DNA of 29,767 nt, taken from positions 1-29,767 of the IMG/VR virus record IMGVR_UViG_3300034061_001266. One strand, 5' to 3'. Shown here piece by piece: positions 17,003 to 25,180 of the stretch; the first letter of the stretch is position 1; every line of letters starts with the position of its first letter. A program made the position numbers and the translations under genes. The notes beneath the pieces are model-generated. The model was not told the origin of the DNA. It ran no database searches and saw nothing but the letters and a program-made list of their open reading frames with translations. This DNA comes from a virus. Lineage: Duplodnaviria; Caudoviricetes.

Positions 17003-17499
17003 TGAGAGGAGAAATAGATGAGACAGTATTTGAGCTCACAAAGCTGCAGAATGAGGATCTAATGAATTTAATCCTGGAATACCAACTAAACACTCCGAGC
17101 AGGATAGAGTCAGTGACATACAAGAGGTACTACCTGTACAATTTCATGTACAACTACCGGCACATGACATACAGCATGATTGGTAAGTTCTTCAACCGAG
17201 ACCACAGCACAGTGATACATGGAATGAGAGAGCACAAGTATTGGTATGACAAAAAAGATGAAAGGTACATGAAGTACATCCACCCATTGCCTGACCTGAT
17301 TAAGCAAAAGCGTGACGATATAAACATCTTTGATGTCAGTGTCATGCCAATGTGTGACGAAGAGGCAAGGGTCACAATCACAGGTAACTACCCTCCAAAG
17401 TTATTAACAAAATTCACAGATAAGATGACTACAAGCGAGATTGTGTCTATATTTGAGGACCATAATTTTTTAAGGGTTAATATGGGGGAGGGGGTCTAG
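16999..17499 (+). CDS. DnaA C-terminal (domain IV-like) HTH protein
   Basis: IGKFFNRDHSTVIHG matches the DnaA domain IV signature IG..F..RDHxTV.H. No AAA+ domain. Confidence 0.8.
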   Translation: MMRGEIDETVFELTKLQNEDLMNLILEYQLNTPSRIESVTYKRYYLYNFMYNYRHMTYSMIGKFFNRDHSTVIHGMREHKYWYDKKDERYMKYIHPLPDLIKQKRDDINIFDVSVMPMCDEEARVTITGNYPPKLLTKFTDKMTTSEIVSIFEDHNFLRVNMGEGV

Positions 17500-17513
17500 G
17501 CTCCCTCTTTTTT
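17488..17513 (+). terminator. Intrinsic terminator
   Basis: GAGGGGGTC-TA-GGCTCCCTC followed by TTTTTT. Confidence 0.7.
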
Positions 17514-17696
17514 GTGACAGTGTGACGATGGGACGGTTCTCTTATATAGGGTCCTTAAAAAATAGACCACTAAAAAAGTTTGCGTTCTGGAAAATTTACC
17601 GTCTTATCGTCACGCTTTGCCTGAAACCCAATACAGCATTAGTTTATAGCCGTGACGATAAAATAAAAACATCGTCACAAATTGTCTTTTATCGTC
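17514..17696. repeat. Candidate replication origin with direct and inverted GTGACGAT iterons
   Basis: GTGACGAT at 17522 and 17652; ATCGTCAC at 17606 and 17671; partial copies at 17514 and 17691. Non-coding gap directly upstream of the primase-helicase. Confidence 0.7.
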
Positions 17697-17716
17697 TTTT
17701 TTAATACTTTTACAAT

Positions 17717-20038
17717 ATGTTTAACCCTAAAATATCAGTCTTTCGCAGTTTGTTTAACAGCAAAGAGACACCTTTCACACTTGAGGCAATAGAAGTGTAC
17801 AACAGAATCAAGCAAGGCAACCCCGAGCTAATTGGTAAAATAAATAAACTTAGAGCAGGGGATACTGACAGCAAAATGCAGCTCATGGCTATCATGTTTA
17901 ACGGTACATTTAGTGAACGCAAGGATGATGGACTCATTCAGCATAGTGGTTTGTGTGTCCTAGACTTTGACAAGTACCCTGATGCTAAGACCATGGCAGC
18001 AGAACGCAAGAGGCTGATGGATTGCCCCTATGTTTATATGATGTTCACTTCACCTAGCGGAAATGGACTTAAGGTAGTTATACGTACACCTGAAAGCACT
18101 AAGTTTGAACACAAGCGGAGGTTTGAGGCATACAAGGAATACATCAACAGTGATTATTTTGACGTTGCTAACAGTAATGTGTCAAGGGTTTGCTTTGAAA
18201 GCTATGACCCTGATGCCTACCTTAATGAGTTCTGCGAAGTATTCCAAGGTATTACCCAGGATAAAGGATACCACAAGGCAGAAAAGATAGCGGTGCTACC
18301 CATTGCTAATGAAGATCGTATCATTGAGCTAATCATGAAGTTTAACCATGGCAAGTTTGAAGATGGTCGCAACAATTGGACCTACAAAGTTGCATGTTGT
18401 ATGTGCGAGTATGGGGTGGATAAGTATGCAGCCAAAAACTACCTGCTCCAATATCAACAGGATGGATTTGAAAGCAATGAGATTAACTACACCGTAGAGA
18501 ATGCATACAAATCAAGTAACTTTAATATCAAGTACTTTGAAGATGCACAAACAGTTAGCAAGGTAAAGCTAAAACTTAAAGAGGGAGTTAAGGATGAGGA
18601 TATCCAAAAGCAGTTAGGTGTTACCGGGGCCATCATTGAGTCAGTAAAGGAAGAGGTGCAGAATAGTGACGATGTGTTTTGGCAGGCTGATGGTAAGAAA
18701 ATTACTATCGTGCCGCATGACTATGCTATATTCCTGCACAAACATGGCTTTGCTAAGTACTATCCTGAGAGAAGTAACAAGCCTACCTATGTGTACATTG
18801 AAGAGAACAAGGTATCTGAGAGCTCAGTGGAGCTAATCAAGGACTTTGTGCTTAAGTACTGCCTAGCCAAGGGTGAACTTGACGTATACAATCATTGTGC
18901 TAAGAGTGCTCAGCTCTTCACTGAGTCACACCTGAACATGCTTGAGTCTATTGAGATGCGAATACTACAGGACAGCAGGTATGTATCTTACATCCCATTC
19001 AACAATGGAGTGGTGGAGGTCACAAAGGACAAGGTGGAGCTGTTGAGTTACATTGATATTGATGGCTACATCTGGAAAGAGCAAATCATTAAGAGAAACT
19101 TTACACGACTGCCGTCTCATGATAACAATTTTCAGGATTTTGTACATAAGGTATCAGCCCAGGATAGTGAACGTATCAAAGCAATGGAGTCAACACTTGG
19201 ATATTTGATACACACGTTCAAAGATAAGACAGACCAAAAAGCTATCATCTTTAATGACCAAGAGATAGATGATAACCCTAATGGAGGGAGTGGTAAGAGC
19301 TTGATGTTGACAGCCATCGGTAATATCCGTAAGATTATTAAGATAGATGGCAAGGCATACAACCCATCTAAGAATGACTTTGTGTATCAGAGGGTCAACA
19401 TGGACACTCAGGTCTTAGCCTTTGATGATGTTAAAAAACACTTTGACTTTGAGCAGTTATTCTCACTGATCACTGAGGGGATACCGGTCAACCGAAAAAA
19501 TAAGGATGAGATATACATCCCATTTGAACGTTCACCAAAGATTGTCATCACTACAAACTATGTGATTAGTGGAGCAGGTACCTCCCATGACAGGAGGAGG
19601 CACGAAATAGAGTTCTTTCAGTACTTTAATAGTCAACGGAACCCACAGGATGAGTATGGCAAGCTACTATTTGATGAGTGGAGTAAGGATGAGTGGTCGC
19701 ACTTTGATAACTACATGCTATCTAACCTACAGATGTACTTGCAGAATGGATTGGTTAGGAGTGTATCCATCAATGCGGATGCTAAGAGGTTTATCCAGAA
19801 TACTTGCAAGGAGTTCTATGACTTTGTAATGGATGGGAATATAGCCCTAGATGTGAGACACTACAACAAATCATGCACTGAGTCATTCCAAGCAGATACT
19901 AATGGCTTCAAGGACCTAGACAGCAGGAAGTTTATCAAATGGGTGCAGGTATATGCACTCTACAAGGGATATAAGTTCACTAAGAATAAGGACCACCATG
20001 GCAGATACTTTGAATTAACGAAAGATGATAACCAATGA
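17717..20038 (+). CDS. Primase-helicase: BT4734/VirE_N-like N-domain, PriCT-like domain, SF3 helicase
   Basis: HSGLCVLDFD, FTSPSGNGLK, SRVCFESYDP; GRNN; Walker A GGSGKS, Walker B VLAFDD, motif C VITTNY, arginine-finger-like DRRR. Confidence 0.9.
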   Translation: MFNPKISVFRSLFNSKETPFTLEAIEVYNRIKQGNPELIGKINKLRAGDTDSKMQLMAIMFNGTFSERKDDGLIQHSGLCVLDFDKYPDAKTMAAERKRLMDCPYVYMMFTSPSGNGLKVVIRTPESTKFEHKRRFEAYKEYINSDYFDVANSNVSRVCFESYDPDAYLNEFCEVFQGITQDKGYHKAEKIAVLPIANEDRIIELIMKFNHGKFEDGRNNWTYKVACCMCEYGVDKYAAKNYLLQYQQDGFESNEINYTVENAYKSSNFNIKYFEDAQTVSKVKLKLKEGVKDEDIQKQLGVTGAIIESVKEEVQNSDDVFWQADGKKITIVPHDYAIFLHKHGFAKYYPERSNKPTYVYIEENKVSESSVELIKDFVLKYCLAKGELDVYNHCAKSAQLFTESHLNMLESIEMRILQDSRYVSYIPFNNGVVEVTKDKVELLSYIDIDGYIWKEQIIKRNFTRLPSHDNNFQDFVHKVSAQDSERIKAMESTLGYLIHTFKDKTDQKAIIFNDQEIDDNPNGGSGKSLMLTAIGNIRKIIKIDGKAYNPSKNDFVYQRVNMDTQVLAFDDVKKHFDFEQLFSLITEGIPVNRKNKDEIYIPFERSPKIVITTNYVISGAGTSHDRRRHEIEFFQYFNSQRNPQDEYGKLLFDEWSKDEWSHFDNYMLSNLQMYLQNGLVRSVSINADAKRFIQNTCKEFYDFVMDGNIALDVRHYNKSCTESFQADTNGFKDLDSRKFIKWVQVYALYKGYKFTKNKDHHGRYFELTKDDNQ

Positions 20039-20271
20039 CAAATACATTAAAACTACTCTTGCTAGTTAGCATACTAGCAGGGTGCAAGGCATCAGAAAAA
20101 TGTGATGCATACGGATACATTAAGATGGATCAATACGACTACATTCAGATAGTAGGCTACACTGATACCATCCCTACCTTTGGCGAGACATGGATGCAAC
20201 TACCCAAGGGAGAGTACCAGGTCAAAGCATGGAAACAAAATGAGGAGTATCTATTAAATGTTAAGCTATAA
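20035..20271 (+). CDS. Small lipoprotein
   Basis: Signal peptide with canonical lipobox LAG-C at residue 17. Confidence 0.7.
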   Translation: MTNTLKLLLLVSILAGCKASEKCDAYGYIKMDQYDYIQIVGYTDTIPTFGETWMQLPKGEYQVKAWKQNEEYLLNVKL

Positions 20272-20272
20272 G

Positions 20273-20731
20273 ATGAAAAAAGAATATAAATTGTTAATGC
20301 ATGAGTTAAAGATTAAACGCTATGCCATTACTCACCCAAATTTTCCACAAGATTATATACCAAAAACCATGTATAAAGACAGCACAGCAAACGGATTGAC
20401 CAGGGCAATCTGCGACTACATTAACTATCATGGATATCAAGCAGAACGCATCAACACCATGGGAACAGCTCGTGAGAAAAAGACCACAGCCGGTAAGGTC
20501 ATAGGTGTTACCTGGACAAAGGGCACCTCTACTGCAGGGAGTGCCGATATATCTGCTACCATCAAAGGGCGTTCAGTTAAGATAGAGGTCAAGATTGGCA
20601 AGGATAGGCAGTCAGAGGCTCAGAAGAGATACCAAGAGAACATAGAGAAGGCAGGAGGTACCTATATAATAGCTAAGGATTTCGATAGTTTTGTTGAGTG
20701 GTATAATCAATTCATACAGTCATGCAACTAG
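20273..20731 (+). CDS. VRR-NUC-like PD-(D/E)xK nuclease (possible Holliday junction resolvase)
   Basis: GSADI...KIEVK...RQSEAQK......GG.Y motif. ATG 20273 is preferred over 20258. Confidence 0.8.
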   Translation: MKKEYKLLMHELKIKRYAITHPNFPQDYIPKTMYKDSTANGLTRAICDYINYHGYQAERINTMGTAREKKTTAGKVIGVTWTKGTSTAGSADISATIKGRSVKIEVKIGKDRQSEAQKRYQENIEKAGGTYIIAKDFDSFVEWYNQFIQSCN

Positions 20732-20946
20732 ATACTGATATTCTAGATAGAATGATAGATGAGCTAAAACCACATTGGACTAGAGATAAGCTCAGAGAAT
20801 TAGATGTAAGATTCTGGATGAGCCCAGAGTATGAATATGAGCATAGCCATTATGATGGATTTATAGTTCATAAGAGCCCATTACTAAAAGGAGAATATAT
20901 ATATTTTGCTACTGAGTTAAAATTTTTAGCACATTTTTTATCTTAG
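20722..20946 (+). CDS. Hypothetical protein
   Basis: 74 aa ORF overlapping the previous stop. Confidence 0.6.
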   Translation: MQLDTDILDRMIDELKPHWTRDKLRELDVRFWMSPEYEYEHSHYDGFIVHKSPLLKGEYIYFATELKFLAHFLS

Positions 20947-20961
20947 TGAATGTATTATTTG

Positions 20962-20969
20962 TATATTTG
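20962..20969 (+). promoter_or_regulatory. Bacteroidota-type -7 promoter element (TATATTTG) for the recombination operon
   Basis: TATATTTG followed by leader ATTAACACCTTAAAATTATG, similar to the leader at 15343. Confidence 0.7.
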
Positions 20970-20991
20970 TAGAAATTAACACCTTAAAATT

Positions 20992-21525
20992 ATGACAACA
21001 AGGAAAACAGCTCAAGCTGAAGAGCCAAAACCAGCACTAAATATCTATCAAAAATTGCACTGTGCTAAGCAGTCAATGGGTAAAGTCATTAAGAATGCCA
21101 CTAACCCACATTTCAAGCGTTCATACGCTGATATTAACAGCATCATTGATACGGTTGAGCCTATCCTAATGGATTGCGGCCTAATCTTAATGCAGCCGGT
21201 ACTACATGGTAAGGTCATTACTAGGATAATTGATGTAGAAAATGGGGAGAGTGTAGAGAGTGCACTTGAATTGCCTGCTATTTTAGATCCGCAGAAGCTA
21301 CTTAGCTGCATTACTTACTTCCGTAGAGGAACATTAGTGAGTTTACTATCTTTACAGGCTATAGATGATGATGGTGAGACTGCAAGCAAGGCACCAAAGG
21401 CAAAGCCTACGCTAGATGGTGAGAGATGGGATAAGGCACTGAATGCTGTGAAAGCAGGTAAGTTCACACCTGAGCAGATTAAAGAGATGTACAACCTAAC
21501 TAAAGAGCAGGAGGCACAGCTATGA
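20992..21525 (+). CDS. erf: ERF-family single-strand annealing protein
   Basis: KNATNPHFKRSYADI and S.ITY.RR..L..L.....DDDG ERF motifs. Confidence 0.85.
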   Translation: MTTRKTAQAEEPKPALNIYQKLHCAKQSMGKVIKNATNPHFKRSYADINSIIDTVEPILMDCGLILMQPVLHGKVITRIIDVENGESVESALELPAILDPQKLLSCITYFRRGTLVSLLSLQAIDDDGETASKAPKAKPTLDGERWDKALNAVKAGKFTPEQIKEMYNLTKEQEAQL

Positions 21526-22145
21526 AGTTTAACTCTCATAAACTAGGTAAGTTAATGACCTCCTCCCGTACTAAGGGGGAGGCATTGAGCCAAACAGCTA
21601 AGAGCTATATTATTCAGAAAGCCAAAGAGGATTTCTTTGAGTATAAGAATGAGATAAACAGCAAGTACCTGAGTAAGGGATTAGCTCAGGAGCAGGATTC
21701 AATTGACCTTCTGAATCTAGTGAGGGTTGAAAGCTATACTAAGAATGAGGAGAGAGTAGAAAATCAATGGCTAACCGGGTGCTGTGATATTATCACTGAT
21801 ACGCTAATCATAGATATCAAGACATCATGGTCCTTAGACACATTTCCTGCGACTAGCTATGAGCTAAAAGACATATCAGATTATGAATGGCAGGGTCGTG
21901 CCTATATGTGGTTATATGATAGACCTTATTTCGAACTATCATATGTGATGGTTTCCACTTCACCTGAGCTATTAGGTGAGTATGAGAATGCATCCATTCA
22001 TTATGTTGAGCATATTGAGCCATCTAAGCGTATCACATCGATTCGATTTGAAAGAGATAAGGAGCTTGAAATTCAGATGGCTGAGAGGCTTATCCTAGCT
22101 ACTGAGTTCTATAATGAGGTTATCAATCAATTAGAAAGCAAATGA
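21522..22145 (+). CDS. YqaJ/lambda-exonuclease-like nuclease
   Basis: G...E, GCCDI...IIDIKTSW, YEWQGRAYMWL; adjacent to ERF. Confidence 0.8.
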   Translation: MKFNSHKLGKLMTSSRTKGEALSQTAKSYIIQKAKEDFFEYKNEINSKYLSKGLAQEQDSIDLLNLVRVESYTKNEERVENQWLTGCCDIITDTLIIDIKTSWSLDTFPATSYELKDISDYEWQGRAYMWLYDRPYFELSYVMVSTSPELLGEYENASIHYVEHIEPSKRITSIRFERDKELEIQMAERLILATEFYNEVINQLESK

Positions 22146-22753
22146 TAGATCAGCAAGTGATAGAGCAGATACTTGAATTAATTAATCGTAGTGATTTGAA
22201 TGAAGTATTTTTTATTCGTAAAGATAAACTTTATAGAGCACCTTATGACTATATACCAGGTGTTTATATTCTATTTAATAAAGATGAGATAGTATATATT
22301 GGAAGTACGGTTAATTTATTTCAAAGAGTATTACATCATAAAAATGCTATACCTTATTCAAAAAAATTAACAAAACCAATGAAATGGGATAGTGCAATAT
22401 GTATTGCTATGAATGGAGATCGTGATGTATATTTTAAGAATGAACAAAAATTAATTGAGTTTTTTAAGCCTAAATACAATAGGCAATATATAACTGAAGA
22501 AAATAAAAGAGTTTTAATTAATCAAGATATTGAGACAATTAATCAAGATATTGAGACAAAAAGTAAATTTAATAAGAGCGCAATAGATATTAACATTCAC
22601 ATTCATTTTACAAACTCAATAGTTAATCAAAGATATACATTTACTGAAACATTAAATAAGTATTTAGAACATTTCGAGGATAAGCAAATTAAAATGAGAA
22701 TGAAAAAAAAGTGCTTAGAGTGGTTTGATAATAATGAACTATTAATCAATTAA
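22142..22753 (+). CDS. GIY-YIG endonuclease (free-standing, homing-endonuclease-like)
   Basis: GVYILF...VYIGST.NL..R...H, E..LI..FKPKYN. Visibly more AT-rich than its flanks. Confidence 0.85.
   Translation: MIDQQVIEQILELINRSDLNEVFFIRKDKLYRAPYDYIPGVYILFNKDEIVYIGSTVNLFQRVLHHKNAIPYSKKLTKPMKWDSAICIAMNGDRDVYFKNEQKLIEFFKPKYNRQYITEENKRVLINQDIETINQDIETKSKFNKSAIDINIHIHFTNSIVNQRYTFTETLNKYLEHFEDKQIKMRMKKKCLEWFDNNELLIN
22517..22558 (+). repeat. Perfect 21-bp tandem duplication inside the GIY-YIG gene
   Basis: ATTAATCAAGATATTGAGACA twice (INQDIET twice). Confidence 0.95.
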
Positions 22754-22763
22754 ACAATAAATA

Positions 22764-22964
22764 ATGAAAACAAGAGAAGAATTTTTTGAGGCAGCAGTAA
22801 TAGCTGCCATGCAAGGCCTACTGGCTGCATCAGGGCACTATAGGGATGAGCTGATTAAAAACCCATGTGAGTATGTGGCTAATGCTGCAAGGCAATACGC
22901 TGATGAGCTCACTGAGCAGCTTTATGGTCCTGAGTTACCGGTGATTAAAGAACGTTTATTTTAA
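22764..22964 (+). CDS. Small phage hypothetical protein
   Basis: 66 aa with AAMQGLLA...A..YAD.L motif. Confidence 0.75.
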   Translation: MKTREEFFEAAVIAAMQGLLAASGHYRDELIKNPCEYVANAARQYADELTEQLYGPELPVIKERLF

Positions 22965-22967
22965 GCT

Positions 22968-23213
22968 ATGAAAGAACAGACAGCAGTAGAGTGGTATGCT
23001 GAAGAAGCAATGCGATTAGAAATAAAAAAAACAAAAGATAATATATCAGTTTATCAAATGCTTAATGAATTATCTAATGTTTTAAACCAAGCCAAAGCAA
23101 TGGAGTCCAAACAAAGATTAAAGCACCTATTGCTTATAGGGAAAGTAACTGAGATACTTGGCTTTGATAAGGTAGTAGAACTATTAAAAGAATGTAATAA
23201 CGAAATAATATGA
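22968..23213 (+). CDS. Small phage hypothetical protein
   Basis: 81 aa with QTAVEW N-terminus. Confidence 0.7.
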   Translation: MKEQTAVEWYAEEAMRLEIKKTKDNISVYQMLNELSNVLNQAKAMESKQRLKHLLLIGKVTEILGFDKVVELLKECNNEII

Positions 23214-23431
23214 AAGCAACACTTGAATTCAATCTACCTGATGATCAGGCAGAACACTACTGTGCCATCAAAGGCCAGGATATGCTAAATGTACTATGGG
23301 AGCTCAAAGCAGAGCTCCGTAGTATGCTGAAGTATGGAGACCTACCTGAGCAGCAATATGAGATAGTGGAGAAAATACAGGACTTCCTAATCAGTAGCCT
23401 AAATGATAACGAAGTAAACCTTGACAAATGA
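23210..23431 (+). CDS. Small phage hypothetical protein
   Basis: 73 aa, MKATLEFNLPDD, ATGA overlaps at both ends. Confidence 0.75.
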   Translation: MKATLEFNLPDDQAEHYCAIKGQDMLNVLWELKAELRSMLKYGDLPEQQYEIVEKIQDFLISSLNDNEVNLDK

Positions 23432-23676
23432 GATACCCTATAATTTTCTTATCAGCTCTAGTCATAGAGATATGCTCTACATTTTACATTAGATTTGTAT
23501 CTGAGGGCAATGCACCTGGTATGATATTCTTTGCAGCCATTGGTCCATTCCTTGGGCTCCCATTCCTAGGCTACATGATTGAGGCTACCAATTGGAATGA
23601 AAGGGTGTTCAATGCAGTTGCACTGAGTTTAGGGTACATAGTAGGAACAGTAATAGTAATAACTTTAATACAATGA
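23428..23676 (+). CDS. Small membrane protein (about 3 TM segments)
   Basis: 82 aa with three hydrophobic segments. Confidence 0.7.
   Translation: MRYPIIFLSALVIEICSTFYIRFVSEGNAPGMIFFAAIGPFLGLPFLGYMIEATNWNERVFNAVALSLGYIVGTVIVITLIQ
23657..23676 (+). repeat. 20-bp direct repeat, left flank of methyltransferase
   Basis: TAATAACTTTAATACAATGA, identical to 24100-24119. Confidence 0.95.
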
Positions 23677-24098
23677 AAAACAGAAACTTAAACCACAGTG
23701 ATAATTGGGCTACCCCAAAAGAATTTTATGATAAATTAAATTTAGAATTTAATTTTGATTTTGATCCTTGTCCTTTATGTGAAACTGAAATAACTCCTGA
23801 TAAAGATGGATTACTAATTGAATGGGGTAAACGAAACTATATTAATCCGCCTTATAGCAAAAATTTGAAAGCAGCCTTTGTATTAAAAGCAATTGAAGAA
23901 AGTAAAAAAGGCAAGTTATGTGTTATGTTATTACCTGTAAGCACTAGCACAAAATTATTTCATGAACATATACAACCAAACGCGAAAGAAATACGATTTG
24001 TCAAAGGCCGTATTAAATTTATTGGATACAATACAAAAGGAGAATTTGTTAATGATAAAGCGCCTATGCACGATAGTATGGTCGTTGTTTTTGGATAA
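23673..24098 (+). CDS. Phage DNA N6-adenine methyltransferase (phage Dam/PF05869-like)
   Basis: W.TP..F...L..EF.FDFDPC, catalytic NPPY, VMLLP, EIRFVKGRIKF. AT-rich. Confidence 0.9.
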   Translation: MKNRNLNHSDNWATPKEFYDKLNLEFNFDFDPCPLCETEITPDKDGLLIEWGKRNYINPPYSKNLKAAFVLKAIEESKKGKLCVMLLPVSTSTKLFHEHIQPNAKEIRFVKGRIKFIGYNTKGEFVNDKAPMHDSMVVVFG

Positions 24099-24099
24099 C

Positions 24100-24119
24100 T
24101 AATAACTTTAATACAATGA
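24100..24119 (+). repeat. 20-bp direct repeat, right flank of methyltransferase
   Basis: TAATAACTTTAATACAATGA, identical to 23657-23676. Confidence 0.95.
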
Positions 24120-24211
24120 TTATATTAGCATCAATTTTACTAGCCCCTGCAATAGTGTGGGGTTGGATTTCAACAATAAACTATATCAAATACATAAACA
24201 ACCATGAGTAA
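24116..24211 (+). CDS. Small TM peptide (31 aa)
   Basis: Read manually: MIILASILLAPAIVWGWISTINYIKYINNHE. Starts in the repeat and overlaps the SSB start. Confidence 0.55.
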   Translation: MIILASILLAPAIVWGWISTINYIKYINNHE

Positions 24212-24554
24212 ATTCAAAGGAGAGGTGGTATTCATTACCCCAACAACGTCAGTATCTGACAAATTTAAGAAGAGAGAGGTAACTCTAAAAAGCCAGGATG
24301 AGTATCCGCAGTACGTCACGTTCCAATTAACACAGGACAAGTGCGACCTAGCTAACAACCTGAAAGCAGGTGAGGTAGTAGAAGTGAGCTACAACCTACG
24401 GGGTCGTAGATGGGAGGCACAGGATGGCACCATCAAGTACTTCAACTCTATCGAAGCATGGACCATGAGCCTTAGCTCCAAAACTGAGCAGAGCCCTATT
24501 GATAAACTAACCAAAGACTTAGACCTTGAGAGCAGTGACGATTTACCTTTCTGA
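24204..24554 (+). CDS. Single-stranded DNA-binding protein (DUF3127-like)
   Basis: FKKREV, YPQYV.F, NLRGR.W, YFNSIEAW; acidic DDLPF C-terminal tip. Confidence 0.85.
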   Translation: MSKFKGEVVFITPTTSVSDKFKKREVTLKSQDEYPQYVTFQLTQDKCDLANNLKAGEVVEVSYNLRGRRWEAQDGTIKYFNSIEAWTMSLSSKTEQSPIDKLTKDLDLESSDDLPF

Positions 24555-24747
24555 GCAGCAGGAGCTGTCCGATTGGATGAGAAGAGAGATTAACGGAATG
24601 CTAGGCAAACGCTACAAGTTAACTCACCTATCTGAAGATATGAATGTCAACTATGCCAAGCTTTACCGCTTCATGAGAGGAAAAAATGTAGGCACGGAGA
24701 TTTATGATTCATTTTTTAGAGTATATTTGAGGCAATGGAACTCCTAA
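24526..24747 (+). CDS. Cro/CI-like HTH protein
   Basis: LTHLSEDMNVNYAKLYRFMRGK HTH pattern. Start is uncertain (TTG 24526 or GTG 24535). Confidence 0.6.
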   Translation: MRAVTIYLSEQQELSDWMRREINGMLGKRYKLTHLSEDMNVNYAKLYRFMRGKNVGTEIYDSFFRVYLRQWNS

Positions 24748-24983
24748 CTCTGATACCTTTGGCATGGTGGTGGTGCAATTTCGAGCCACTCCAAGCAACC
24801 TTAACAAGGATATACATGTCCTTTATACCTGGCACATGGGCCATACAACTACTAGATGCGTTGAGCTGTAGTAAGTGTGTGGCCTTTTGGCTTACATTGG
24901 CATGGCATCAGGATTTTATCCTAGCCTGTCAAGCAGCACTGGGTGCCTATGCATTAGAATTATGTTTGAACAAACTGACATAG
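24735..24983 (+). CDS. Small membrane protein with C..C..FW motif
   Basis: 82 aa, hydrophobic, LSCSKCVAFWLTL. Confidence 0.65.
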   Translation: MELLTLIPLAWWWCNFEPLQATLTRIYMSFIPGTWAIQLLDALSCSKCVAFWLTLAWHQDFILACQAALGAYALELCLNKLT

Positions 24984-25180
24984 AGATAGTAGATAAGATT
25001 GATGCACAATCGGATGCTGTGAAGTACTCTAAGCATTCATGTGTTCAGCTCTACAAGATACGTCAAAAGTATGATGGCCCACAGCCTAGGGAATGCTTTT
25101 GTGCATCGGTGAGACGAAAGGTGTGGTACAAGGACTTCATGAATTGGTATGAAAAAAGTCTTAGACAGGTACATCAATAA
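24962..25180 (+). CDS. Hypothetical protein (72 aa)
   Basis: ATG 24962 (MFEQTDIE...) preferred over GTG 24875; PRECFC motif. Confidence 0.6.
   Translation: MFEQTDIEIVDKIDAQSDAVKYSKHSCVQLYKIRQKYDGPQPRECFCASVRRKVWYKDFMNWYEKSLRQVHQ

Noticed and set aside
17459-17551. Extra late-promoter copies (TAATATGGG at 17478, TTATATAGGG at 17542)
   Set aside because: Both mismatch the -10 consensus and lack a correctly spaced AACA. The first points straight into a terminator.
17522-17704. 60-aa ORF from the track
   Set aside because: It coincides with the inverted-repeat region, has a weak GTG start and looks non-coding.
24526-24747. Lysogeny module
   Set aside because: A single small HTH gene in line with early genes. 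No integrase, partition genes, divergent repressor pair or host flanks were recognised.
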